NCBI GenBank assembly: GCA_023515795.1
Contig: JALGPX010000008.1
Span: forward strand, 62,001-126,000
Reading direction: 5' to 3'
Length of the DNA: 64,000 nucleotides
Source: Amoeboaphelidium occidentale
Lineage: Eukaryota
Within the stretch, counting starts at the first letter, position 1, and the number at the start of each line of letters is the position of its first letter. Below are positions 47,949-60,400 of the stretch, piece by piece. Under the pieces are notes generated by a model. The model made no database searches. It was not told where the DNA came from and worked only from the letters and a program-made list of their open reading frames with translations. A program made the translations under genes and the position numbers.

Positions 47949-50120
47949 ATGTTCAGAAGGAATATTTTAGTTTTGGCCAGTGCTGCTGGAGTATCATGTG
48001 CCACTTACTATTCCTTTCAATCGAAAACATTACGGCTGGATTCCTCTGCACCAAAGCCAAAGTCTCAGTCTGGAGCGTCATCGTCGAGTGTTGCCCCACA
48101 AAAGAATATTCAACACTGGCAACCACCGACTAGACAGGAAATACTTCAGAAACTTCAGAATGGAGAAGAATACGATCTTTTGGTTATTGGTGGAGGAGCT
48201 ACCGGAACAGGTGTTGCTTTAGATGCTGCTGCTAGAGGATTGAAAGTTGCGCTTGTTGAGCGAGATGATTTTGCATCAGGGACAAGCAGTAAGTCCACAA
48301 AGTTGGTCCATGGTGGTGTAAGATACCTTGAGAAAGCAGTATGGAACTTGGATATGGAACAGTACAAGTTGGTTCATGAAGCTTTGTCAGAAAGACACAC
48401 ACTATTGAAGGTTGCTCCATATCTTGCAACACCACTGCCTATAATGTGTCCAATTTATAAATGGTGGCAGTTACCATACTATTACGCTGGTGTTAAAGCT
48501 TATGACTTGGTTGCTGGTTCCAGGAACTTGGAGTCTAGTTACTTTTTAACGAAGACTCGTGCTTTGAAGGAATTCCCTATGCTCAAATCTGAAAATTTGA
48601 AGGGAGCAGTAGTTTACTATGACGGTCAACAGAATGATTCTAGAATGAATATTGTTTTGGCGTTAACTGCGATCTTCTATGGTGCTGATGTTGCAAACCA
48701 TGTGGAAGTTACGAAATTGTTAAGAAAGAAGCGAGAGCATAAAAGAGATGGTGACAGCGAAGAAGTTCTTTGTGGGGCTTCTGTAGTTGATACGCTCACT
48801 GGAAAAACTTGGGAAATTAAGGCTAAGGGTGTTATTAATGCTACTGGGCCATTTTGCGACTCTATTCGAAAGATGGATGATCCTTCATGTCAAGAAATAT
48901 TGTCTCCTTCCTCTGGTGTTCATATTGTACTTCCGCATTATTACGCACCTGATCATATGGGTCTTATTGATCCTGCAACTTCTGATGGAAGAGTTATTTT
49001 CTTTTTGCCATGGGAAGGAAACACTGTGGCTGGAACAACTGATGCTCCAACTAAAGTCTCTTATGATCCTATGCCTTCAGAATCGGAAATTCAGTTTATT
49101 CTGAATGAAGTTGCTCGTTATTTGAGTCCTGATATCAAAGTTCGTAGAGGTGATGTTTTGTCCGCATGGAGTGGTATTAGACCTCTGGTGCGAAATCCAA
49201 ATTCCTCAAACACTGCTGCTTTAGTTAGAAATCACCTAGTTTTTGTTAGTGACAAAGGTCTCTTAACTGTCGGTGGCGGAAAATGGACCACGTACAGAAA
49301 GATGGCCGAAGAAGCAGTTGACAAAGCTATTGAAGTTTTCGATTTGAATCCATCTCAGCCTTGCAGCACCGAAGATATTCTATTAATCGGGACTCATGGA
49401 TATAATCCAAACTCCTACATCAAAATAATCCAGCACTATGGTATGGAAACAGAAGTTGCGCAGCATCTATGCCACAATTATGGAGATCGTGCTGGTTCTG
49501 TTGCCGCTTTGGCAGTTCAGACTGGTGAACGATGGCCGTTGATGGGAAAACGATTGGCATATCCATATCATTTTATTGAAGCCGAAGTAAGATATGCTTG
49601 CCGAAGAGAGTATGCTTGCACAGTTGTTGATGTTATTGGTAGAAGAACAAGGCTTGCTTTCTTGAGTGCTAAAGCTGCCAAACACTCGTTGCCTAGAATT
49701 ATAGAAATCATGGCAGAAGAACTCAAATGGGATTCTGCTCGCAAAAAGAAAGAATTGCAAAACGCTAATGAATACTTGAAAACTATGGGATTAGATGTCA
49801 ACACCAGCAGAGCATATTTTAAACCTGATGAAGTTGAATACTTGAAAAATGAATTCAAGGCATTGGACTATGATGGAGATGGCGTTATCAGCTCAAAGGA
49901 CTTGAAACAATTATTTGGAAAGCAATACTTTGAAGAGAATGATGATTTATTGACTGCGCTATTGTCTGAAGTTGAGACCAAGACGAAAGGCATCGTGGAC
50001 TTTGATGAGTTCCTTGAAATTTTAATTGAAACGTCCGACATTAGAAAGCCAACAAAGTTTGCACAAATGGTTGCCAACTTACATCAGCCTAGCCCAGAAA
50101 GAAGTGGTGGCGGAGTTTAA
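47949..50120 (+). CDS. GUT2: Mitochondrial FAD glycerol-3-phosphate dehydrogenase with C-terminal EF hands
   Basis: IGGGATG, GTSSKSTKLVHGGVRYL, GGKWTTYR; EF hand DYDGDGVISSKD. Confidence 0.95.
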   Translation: MFRRNILVLASAAGVSCATYYSFQSKTLRLDSSAPKPKSQSGASSSSVAPQKNIQHWQPPTRQEILQKLQNGEEYDLLVIGGGATGTGVALDAAARGLKVALVERDDFASGTSSKSTKLVHGGVRYLEKAVWNLDMEQYKLVHEALSERHTLLKVAPYLATPLPIMCPIYKWWQLPYYYAGVKAYDLVAGSRNLESSYFLTKTRALKEFPMLKSENLKGAVVYYDGQQNDSRMNIVLALTAIFYGADVANHVEVTKLLRKKREHKRDGDSEEVLCGASVVDTLTGKTWEIKAKGVINATGPFCDSIRKMDDPSCQEILSPSSGVHIVLPHYYAPDHMGLIDPATSDGRVIFFLPWEGNTVAGTTDAPTKVSYDPMPSESEIQFILNEVARYLSPDIKVRRGDVLSAWSGIRPLVRNPNSSNTAALVRNHLVFVSDKGLLTVGGGKWTTYRKMAEEAVDKAIEVFDLNPSQPCSTEDILLIGTHGYNPNSYIKIIQHYGMETEVAQHLCHNYGDRAGSVAALAVQTGERWPLMGKRLAYPYHFIEAEVRYACRREYACTVVDVIGRRTRLAFLSAKAAKHSLPRIIEIMAEELKWDSARKKKELQNANEYLKTMGLDVNTSRAYFKPDEVEYLKNEFKALDYDGDGVISSKDLKQLFGKQYFEENDDLLTALLSEVETKTKGIVDFDEFLEILIETSDIRKPTKFAQMVANLHQPSPERSGGGV

Positions 50121-50188
50121 TTAGTAAACAATGTATTTGCGTGCAAACAGATTTTTTTTGATAGAAACTTTGAAACAGCGATATTTTT

Positions 50189-52134
50189 ATGGGCGACATG
50201 AACGAATTTACTGTCGGGACGTATTTAACTGCGCGCTTGAGGCAGTTGGGTATCACTGAAGCTTTTGTTGTTCCGGGCGACTTTAATTTGAACTTGCTTG
50301 ACTCCATGTTCCCCAAAGATGGCGAGTTGAAAGCCATTTCATGTCCCAATGAATTGATAGCAGGTAAAAGCAATAATTAATAACGTTCTGATATCCCATA
50401 GGATACGCTGCTGATGGGTATGCGAGGGCGAAGGGTATTGGTGCAGTTGTCACATTGTTCAATGTCGGAACGCTTGCCTTGGCATCAGCTGTCGCAGGAG
50501 CAAGAGCTGAAAGGTTGCCGCTTATTGTAATTGCAGGAACCATGAACTCTAAGGATGTTGCTAATAGTCCAAGAAATGTCCATCATTCTATTGGTGAGTT
50601 TTCATCTGAGACGTCTTTGAATGCAATGGCTGATATTGTCGTGTGTTCCTGTCGTATCGACAATCCAAAAGGTGCAAACATTAAAATTGATGAGGCAATC
50701 TATGCTGCTATTAAGAAGCGCGCTCCTGTGTATATCGAAGTCTGCTGTGACTTGGTTAGCGCTAAAATTCCTTCACCAAAAAATCTTGGTTTGGACACGC
50801 CTGAAACAAGTCCTGAATCTTTGGATATTGCAATTAACATGATTCTAAAAGCTTGGTCATGTGCATCGAAGCCCGTTATTCTTGTTGGCCCGAGTATTGG
50901 TCATATTCAGAAATCAATGGCTCGTTTGAGAAAGTTGTCTAGCTTTTTACAAGTCCCTGTCGTGTTTGAACCAAATGCGAGATATTTGGCTGCAATGGAG
51001 GATAATGAGAATGAAGATATGCGCTTTGAGATGCCTTTTATTGGTGTTTATTGGGGTGCTCTGTCGGTACCATCTTACATTGAACAGATTATGCAAAGTT
51101 CTGATTTGGTTTTGGGAATTGGTGTATATCCGTCTGATTATGGGTTGAGACACTCTAGCAGAGCATCTGTAGAGAAGAAAATGATATCCATCGAAGATTC
51201 AAGTGATCTTGCCTCAACCCATGTCAAATTTCCTGACGGAACAGTTTATCATCACGTTTCAACACTTGATTTTCTTGATGCATTTGCCGACAAGGCTTCT
51301 ATGTGCGAAATGGCTTCAATTCAGAAGCCTGAACTATTGAAACAGTTTCAAACTATGGCCAAAGATGATTCAAATTGGTTTGAGAATGGAAAGACCCGTC
51401 ATCCAGAGTGGTTGCGCAAGAGATATAATCAACTATTGAATTGGCCAAATACCGATAAAAATGAAGTTATTTCACGCAGAAATATTGGCGGCGCGAATGG
51501 TTACAAGGAATGGTGTGATGTAGCGAAACCAAGCGATCAGCAGATTGATGAGCCAATGCTAGCTGCGCACATTCAAGCAATTTTGTCGTGTAATACAGCC
51601 TTAGTATTGGAATGTGGTTCTGCCTGGTTTTTGAGCCGTAAATTGTACATTCCTGAGGGTTGTGACTTACAGGTTCAAATGCAGTACGGCTCTATTGGTT
51701 GGGCCGCTGGAGCAATTACCGGTTATGCTGAAGCGACCAAAAGCAAGAAGAGAGTTGTGGCAGTTATCGGAGACGGAGCGTTACAAATGACTATTCAAGC
51801 TTTGAGTATGATCAAAGATCAAAAGCAGAATCCAATCATCATTTTGTTAAACAACAGCACTTATGCTATTGAAGATGCTATTCACCCAGGCCCGTACAAC
51901 AAATTACAGAGCTGGAACTATTGTGAGCTTGCATCTGGATTTTTCGGCCACGAAAATTCTAAGACTTGTTGGTGCGCTTCGTGCAAGACCGAGAAAGATT
52001 TGAGTGATGCGATTTCGTGTGCCTTGTCTGACGATACCAAAGCTGGTTTTATCAATGTTAAAATTGACCCTAAAGAAGATATTCCAGATATGAATGCGTT
52101 TGGAGAGTTAGTGTCAAAGTTCAACATCCGTTGA
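50189..52134 (+). CDS. Pyruvate decarboxylase-family ThDP enzyme; intron 50364-50401
   Basis: VPGDFNL, NEL.AGYAADGYAR, HH, QMQYGSIGW, GDGALQMT...NN. Confidence 0.88.
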
Positions 52135-52176
52135 GCTGAAACAATTCTATAAATAAACTGTATTTTGAATTGCAAG

Positions 52177-53830
52177 ATGAAGAAGTCTTTTTCAGATCGG
52201 TTCCTGAGGAAAACATCACCTGCGGTGTCGCTTACTGATCTGAAAGCTGATAGTCCTGATAAACCAAAAGGTTCTCCAGCAAGATCTCGATCTGGTATTG
52301 TGAAGACAACACCAAACGAGAAAACTTTTACCGATTTCGCGAAGTTGTCGTTAATAGGAAAGGGCGCAGTTGGAAAAGTTTATGTGGTTGTAGAAAAAGA
52401 CACCTTCATGATGTATGCTATGAAAGTCCTGTCGAAACAAGAAATGATTGCACGCGAAAAGGTTGGTAGAGTCATGCTAGAGAAAGACATGTTGATATCC
52501 TTGAACCATCCGTTTATTGTACCTCTTCATCACTGCTTTCAGTCGCCTAATTACATTTACATGATCATGGACTATTGTGCTGGAGGAGAACTTTACAATG
52601 TCTTGCAACGATCACCAACAAAAACGCTCTCTGAATCCGTCGCAAAGTTCATAATAGCGGAGATTATCAGCGCACTAGAGTATTTGCATTTACAAGGCTA
52701 CATATACAGGGATCTAAAACCTGAAAACATTCTAATTCAAGCATCTGGTCACATTATGTTGGCAGATTTTGATTTGTCAAAGGATGCTGGTGAAAGCGAG
52801 GCAAAACCTGAAATAATCAAATCCAGAGGTTTGTTCAACCAGATCAATGCTGAGGCTACATTAGCCGACATGAAAGCAAAATCCTTTGTTGGCACAGAAG
52901 AATATGTATCTCCTGAAGCTCTTCTCGGCAACGGATACTCTTCTTCAGTAGACTGGTGGAGTACAGGTATTTTATTGTACGAAATGCTTTACGGTAGCAC
53001 TCCTTTCGTTGGAAAGAATCAAAAATCTACGTTCAGGAACATTCTGCGGAAAGATCCACCATTCAAGCATACAAACAAGACGCAATCTGTCACGGTTTCG
53101 ACGGAAGCTAAAGCTTTTATCAAAAAGATGTTGATCAAAGTAAGCTCCAGATATTTAATTTAATTTTCAGGATCCAAAGAAACGCATAGGAAGTAAATTT
53201 GGCGCTGCAGAACTTAAAGCACATCCTTTCTTCAAAGATACAAACTTTACTCTTTTACGAAACAAGGAACCTCCATACAAGCCAGAATTTAAAAATCGAT
53301 ATGATCTTTCCAATTTTAAAGAATTTGAAGAAAACACCGCAATCTTGAATAAGTTTCAAGAGATGGAAGAAGCTATGCCATCTATTTTACGAAAGCAGAA
53401 GATGGAAACCACACTAGACGATGATGAAATATGTTGGCATGATATCAAACAGTACTTGCAAACAGACCCTCATGCTAGCAAAATCCCTTCCAATTCGTAT
53501 TATACTTCTGAGAATAACACGATCAGCTCGAATTCATCAGTCAAGATGAAATCCTCCAAGTCTGGTTTCAACTTACACAAAGCATTACTAAGTCGCTCAA
53601 CTGCTCAAATGGTAAACATGGAGGAAATGGGCAAAGCTGACCCTAAATTACGCTCTACAACTTCGGCCATCGATGCCATTAGGCAAACGAACGGCTCTTT
53701 TGCATCATTGGAGCAAGCCGATAGCAGAACCACTCGATCAAGTTTGAACAGTGAAGATGATGATCCATTTAAAGATTTTGAGCAAGTTACTGTTCTTCGC
53801 AACAGCCAAACTTCATTGAATGCAAAATAG
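52177..53830 (+). CDS. AGC kinase of the Fpk1/Kin82/Nrc-2 type; intron 53140-53170
   Basis: GKGAVG, YRDLKPEN, HIMLADFDLSK (DFD in place of DFG), SFVGTEEY. Confidence 0.88.
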
Positions 53831-53834
53831 AGTT

Positions 53835-56800
53835 CTACAACATTTCATTCCATAGTTCCAGCTCTGATAAATTAGAAACGACCTCTTTACTGCTAAGATG
53901 TTTGCTAAGCAACTTAAACGGAAGGAATTCGACCTGAACTTGAGGAGATAAATCATTCTCGTCTGCTTCTGAAATATCATCAGGAGTAGCAGATCTTAAT
54001 TGTATTTGAGATCTAGTTCTGAAAGTCTCTCCTAAGACCATTTGACTATTATCGTATGAAGAAGCAGAGATAGAAGTAGATTTGTTATTACCGCTCAGGT
54101 AAATCCCTTCTGATGTGAAATGTTTTCGATCTCTTTGATGTGCTGAACCTATTGGAATAGGAGTAGAGGAGGCCGAAATCGAAGAATTCGAAATCCTTTC
54201 CAGACCTACTGCAGATTTCGTTTCGTTATCTTCCTTCAATTCGATATCAAAAGCTTCCAAGCTATCTGTGGCCAAATCTAATTCATTCTCTGAATTTCCT
54301 GATCCAGAATTAAACGACGATGAAATCTGAATTGACAAGCGCTTAAAAAATTGCACTGCATTCGTGCTCTTCTTCCTTATGGGCTGAGTTTCTGATAAAG
54401 CCGACTCCATTAAATCATTACCAAGCAGCCTTCCTTCGCTGTCTGTGCGATTTACATGAGTAGAGAAGATGTGGGGATTTGAAGTACTCGCTTGAAACAG
54501 TTTAGATTCCAGTAACTCCGATTGAATATCACGACTGCTGGACTTTTTGCTTACACACTTCAAGCTCTTTGTGTATTTACTGTCTTCGTGAAATCGAGAA
54601 ATAATCTGAATAAAGAAAGCCGTATTGTTCTTCATAATCAAAACATCAGCCGCATGCTTCATAAATGAATCTGTCAATCTGAAGACTCCATGATCCAAAT
54701 ATTGTAGGAATACAGCTTCACTTAGACAATGAAGGCCAAAAATAGCAAACTTTGAAGAGAATTCGGTTGGAGCTGGGAAACAATGAAAATTAAAAGCTGA
54801 ATAAAACTCATGAAGAAGGTTGAAATATTCCTTCATGTTCTTGACAGGCTCAACAAATTCTGGACTTTTCAACGAAGCATTCTCTACCTGCTGTTGCTTT
54901 TGTAGCACTTTGTATACATATTTGTTATCTTTGTGAGCTTTAGAAATATCTCGGCCGCCGATCCTTGGAGAGGGCGTAGTTGATTCTATGCGACTTCTAA
55001 AGCCACTTCCAGAAGTTCCTTTGCAGTGTCGACATTCGCAAGATTGCATTATACTGGATGTCTTTGGAAAATCAACCAAGTCAAACAGCATTGACCAAAC
55101 ATAACTGCTAGCGTTCGTTTGTTCATGTAATATTCTTTTAGCTAAACTTTCAGCCTTACTCATGTTTGAGTTCGCCAGCGTTAAGCTCTTTGAGCCATGG
55201 GCGCCCTTCGTCATGAAAGAACCTGAAGCAGCAGTAGGAGCCAATGAAGAGCTCACCGATACTGATCCAGAAGAAGAATTCTTTACACTTGATAAGCTAA
55301 TAGGGTTATGATTCAAGCTGTTGACTTTTGAATACATGTCCAATACAAATGATTCTAACGCTGAAGTGAACTGTTTCCTAGGAATAGAATCATCAAATAA
55401 AGCAGAGCTTTCATCGTCCAAGTAACTGGCGAAAGCAGGAGCAGAACTGGCAATTCGAGGACTTGCCGTGCTCGGAGAAAACAATTTGGAAAGAAGGGAA
55501 TCCCATTTTTTCTTGGTATTACTACTATTTGTGCTAGACTCTGAACTTGAAGAAACATTCCTCATACTAAGATCAATGACGCCTTTTTTAATGTGAGGCT
55601 CCTTCAATAAAGAATCCAAATCGAAACTTTCCAACAAGAAATGTGGCGATTTTAACAAGGAGGAGTTGAAAGCAAACTTTGTTCCATATCCATCCTTATT
55701 GAGAGTCCATGTGGTACTTCCTGTCTGTTTACTCAAATACTTGGGAATAGGCAAACATAATAACAAAGTGTTGCAAGCAACAATAGCATCTACCTCTTCT
55801 AGGAGACCATCAAACACTTCATTAAAGCATCGAACAAGCAAGAAATTCTCTAAAAACCAGTGAAGAGTGTTGTTAATCTTGTTGGACTTGATTAACTTGT
55901 CGAAAAATCCACGAACTTGAGGAACTGTAAGTTTTGAATGTGAGAACAAAATATGTGCCAGTCTTTTTGATAAATCAGAAACAGTTCCAGTCGACGATGA
56001 GGTATACTCATGAACTAAACCATTCAATATTGCCTCAATGTTCAGCTCAACTTGATGAATGACTTGATCTTTGTAAACAAAACATTCATTACCGTTAGTT
56101 TTCTGAATTAGTGGGAAGTGGTTACAGTCAAAAACAGCCCCGATCGTTTTAAGCCCAGAAAACTCCATCACTATTTCACATTCATGATAATACAAACAGT
56201 CAAGAGCGTAGAAGCGGGCGTCTTCAATGATCACATAACACATTGCATTAATTATCATTAAACTAAACTTCTGACCGTCATCTAAGAGAGGTATTTTGTA
56301 AGACAAATGTAAATCGAGGTCTCCTGAACATTCCTGAATAATAAAAATACACAGTTCATTGTTGCCATTTAAAAGTGAAACGACAAGATACTCCAACAAA
56401 CCATGTTTAAACCGGCAAAAGTCAACATTAGGGTTTTTTGCATTGAAGTCGCCATTGCATTTCAGTGATATATCTCTGCTAGTGTATGATCCTTTTAGAA
56501 AGCGACCAATTGTAAGTTGCACGTCGGTAGCAGTTTCGCTAGCTGATATCAGACTGCTTGAACTACCAGACTGGACACCACCACATAAAGAACTGGACAA
56601 TAGATAAGCGCATTGTTCCATAATATCAAAATTGAAGATACAATTCTTCCTACTAATCACACGTTCCTTTTGTGGCTGCTCAACCAACGCAATCTCCTTG
56701 TCGCCATGCTTCTCTACGATCAAATGATATAGCTCAACAATAGAACTCTGATGAAAAAGAAACCTATAAATGAATTTGTTTCCGCCTGTGTTTTCGACAT

Positions 56801-57332
56801 GCTCCAAGAACTATAATGCTAATCAGCTGAAATTTTAAAGTGTTCCTTACCTGAATCTTCTCTTGCTCCCTCGTTGGCTTCAACCCAAAAACTCTATGCG
56901 GATACTTTAGCTCCACTAAATAAGAAGCATAGTGACTTTGCTCAGTAATATACAACGTGAATATCATAAGCTGAAGGTCGATACTCGTTGATGCAGCCAC
57001 AATTTGATTATGACCTTCATGAACGTACAAATGCTGCACACTTTGGTCATCTAAGCTGAACATGTCAATGTGTGAATACTTCTAAAGCCGAAGATATGCG
57101 TCAATATTTCGTTTAAATTAAGACATACTTGTTCCTTAGCCTTGGAATACCACACGTACAAGACACGACCAGGCTTCTCAAATCCAACCACATGAAGCAA
57201 CCTGGATGCAGCAAACGGAGGACAGTACACTAAAGATGGCCACTTGCTATTATCCAGCTCCAAGCACTCCTGAATAGTTTTAGTAAGATCGACATGAGTT
57301 TGAGCTTTGAATAGATCCGTGAAACTCTTCAT
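53835..57332 (-). CDS. GSAP/pigeon-like protein; introns near 56798-56850 and 57052-57080
   Basis: CFPAPTEFSSKFAIFGLHCL...FLQYLDHGVFRLT and terminal FLPF resemble the GSAP C-terminal domain; N-terminal LHVVGFEK.G..LYVW. Confidence 0.6.
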
Positions 57333-57444
57333 GCTCCACTAAAGAATGTGCGACTAAGTTTATTGTGTCGCGCTATCGGTGAGCTACCTACCTCCCTCAC
57401 GTACATAAATGTTCCGTCTCGCGCGCCTAACTTCTTACCGCAGA

Positions 57445-60400
57445 ATGACAATCGAAACAGCCGATGAATTGCGGCGAAGACACCAATACGAAATCTCAGA
57501 GTTCTTCTTTAACCGTCAGCTGCTGAGAGGGGACGCTGTTACATTCCATTTAATAGTCAAAGATGTATTTATAATGATGGAATCTTTGCACGAAAGCATT
57601 GTTTCAGCTGTGCAAGGCGCATACCAGAGTCAAGCTGCATATGAAATCAAATTCTTTCCGTTAACGCTTTCATTTTCATTCTCTGGGGAGTCATACTTGG
57701 CCATGTCTGAGGAGTGCATTGTGTACAGGCTTACTTTGAAGGAGTTGATTCAGTTTTACGAGATTATGCTGCGTTGTTTGGTTGTATGGTTGCGATTTCC
57801 TCATCAGGTCAAGCATTTGCATGCCTCTGTTGGTTATAATCCTCATAGTGGTGATCCTGAGAAGGAATGGTCCTGTAAGGATATTTCAAAAGTTCACGTA
57901 ATGCTAAGTGGTCACGTCCCAGAGCTATTGAAATTGATTTATAATTCTCTGAGCTTTCATGTTCAAGATGGCAATAACGACAGCGTAGTAAGAAGAGCTT
58001 CAATTGAGATTGCTTACTATGCGTGCTTAAATGGTCTTGTTTCAAGTGAAAAGAATTTGCAGTTTGTTGCATCATGCTGCTTCGCTGTAGCTGGACAGGA
58101 AGGCGTCGACGTTACACAATATCCTTGCCTAATTGAATGTGTTGGTACTTGCTTGGAAAAATTATCCGCTGAAAAGAAATCTACTCTATTGAAAAAGTAT
58201 GGAGCTTCGTTCTTTACTGGCCAAATGTTGCAACAAGACAAGGCTGTTTTACGAATACTACTCCGCAGTTTGTCAAATATTATGGAGTCCAGTTGCAGCT
58301 TTGATTTGAGCTCGGAGTGGTACAAATCTGTTTTCAATATCTGTATAGAAGAGTTCCTTAATTGTAGTCCTACAACAGATTATTTCAAGGATTTGTTTAA
58401 AGTATTGCGTTTCAGTGTTAATCATGATGACGACCTGAAAAGTCTGGTCTCAGGTTTAATTAAAGATGGACAGGAAACTTCCAGGGAGGCGCTTATATTG
58501 GTAGCAGAGCAATATCCTCGGTTCGATTTAAGTCTGTTGAATTTGAATGAGATATTGAAAGTATTAAAAGTAATTGATGGAGAACCAGGTTCCTCGGAAA
58601 TAGTAAATAATTGTATGGAGTATGTTATAAAAGCGCTGGAACGGATCGCTGAGCCTACTTCTGGAAAACGTGACCGACATGACTTGAAGGATGTAACTTT
58701 GGATGAGATATTGGCTGTTTTAGCAGATTTCGACTTACAACAGCTCCATTTGACGTGCTCACTTACAGAAGCTGTGTCCAAGTTAGACGATTTGAACCAT
58801 AGCTTGATTCCCATATTCGGAAAGTTGCGCGTGACTAGCGACGAAGTGAATTCAGTTCTGTGCAATATCATCGATGAAGCAATTTCGAGTAACTCATCGC
58901 AGAAGATCGAGAGTTTACTTGCGAAATTCCAAAACTTCTCCGCCGAGAATTTCAGTGAACAAGTCATCAAGAAATTGGGTGTCTTTACAAGACCAGATTA
59001 TGATGAAGCCATAAGATCAAAGACGATACGTTTGTTGCAGAGACACCAAAATCTATTTCTTAAAGACTTCAGCGCTAGCGTCAAAGCATGGATATCTAGT
59101 GGATCCAATGTTGTTAGGAAAGAAGGGCTTGAATGCTTGCTGGTGGTTTGTTCTTGTAATTCAAAACCTTTAGCTTCTTATGTGAGCGTGTTTGCTGAAT
59201 CAGAATTAACCTTTTCAAAACTGTTTGATTTTGTGGATATCTTTCTTGGGGCTCTTGTTTCATATGAGAGGGATTTGCAAGAGGAAACTGAGCTTGTCGA
59301 CAAATTTAATCTGGATTATCTTTTCTTCAGCAATCAAACATGGATGTCAACAGTATTATTTTTGTTACAACACTGCTCTTCAGAAACATTGAGAGATATC
59401 GNNNNNNNNNTCGACAAATTTAATCTGGATTGTCTTTTCTTCAGCAATCAAACATGGATGTCAACAGTATTATTTTTGTTACAACACTGCTCTTCAGAAA
59501 CATTGAGAGATATCATTAAGGTCAGGTTGAAAGATATGCCTGACAACTGTATGAGGTATCTTGCTGACAATATGGTCTTTCACGAAGCAATATTACAGCT
59601 TATAAAAACGCAGAAGAACTACACCCTTACTGAAATTGCCTTATCTAATTTTTCATATTGGGCTGGTATTGATGAGATGGATCGATTTCTACATTCTAAC
59701 GCGGAGTACTTTGTTCCAAGAATAATTTCAATTAAGGATGCTGATGTGGTTAATTGGTTTGTAAAATACGTCAAGAATGATGAATTGTTATTGAAGAATG
59801 CTTATGCTGCTCTTCATCAGATATTCATGTTTCATTCAGGTTCCTCCAGGGAATTCAACTTAGACCAAGATATTCTTGCGTTCTTTATGAGCCAAGTTAA
59901 TCAAGGCAGAAGTACTAATCTTACATTAAGCTACTTGCTATTCAGCAACGCCCAGAAGCTGATAAACCTTGTTTTCTTTGATTTAGGCTCTAATGTTGCT
60001 AAAGCATGGAATAGTATTACTGCAGTTCATGCGATTCTTTCCTCAGATGAGAAGATTTCATCGAATATCTACCTAAAAATGACTTTCCAAGGATTTCTAT
60101 CATCGTTTTTGTTGGGATACATTCACTTTATTGTCAAATCGAAGTTATCTGATGCACAGAATAGCGCATCTAAAAGAATTGTGGCCGCGAAGTCTTTGAG
60201 AGAAATAATCACCAAAGCCGGAGCACATTGTGATTCAAAGCTATCTAGAATCATTTCTTTACTATCTCAAATAGCGGATTATCAAGGTACAGGATCGGAA
60301 GATATTCGCGAAGAATGCGCTAATGCGTGGTTGACAGTCGTCAAGAGTTTTTCTAATCAAGCCATCTTACATGTATTTCATGAGATTGTTATCAACATAG

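Noticed and set aside
52759..52780. DFD in place of DFG suggesting a pseudokinase
   Set aside because: DFD is the normal signature of Fpk1/Kin82/Nrc-2 and plant AGCVIII kinases.
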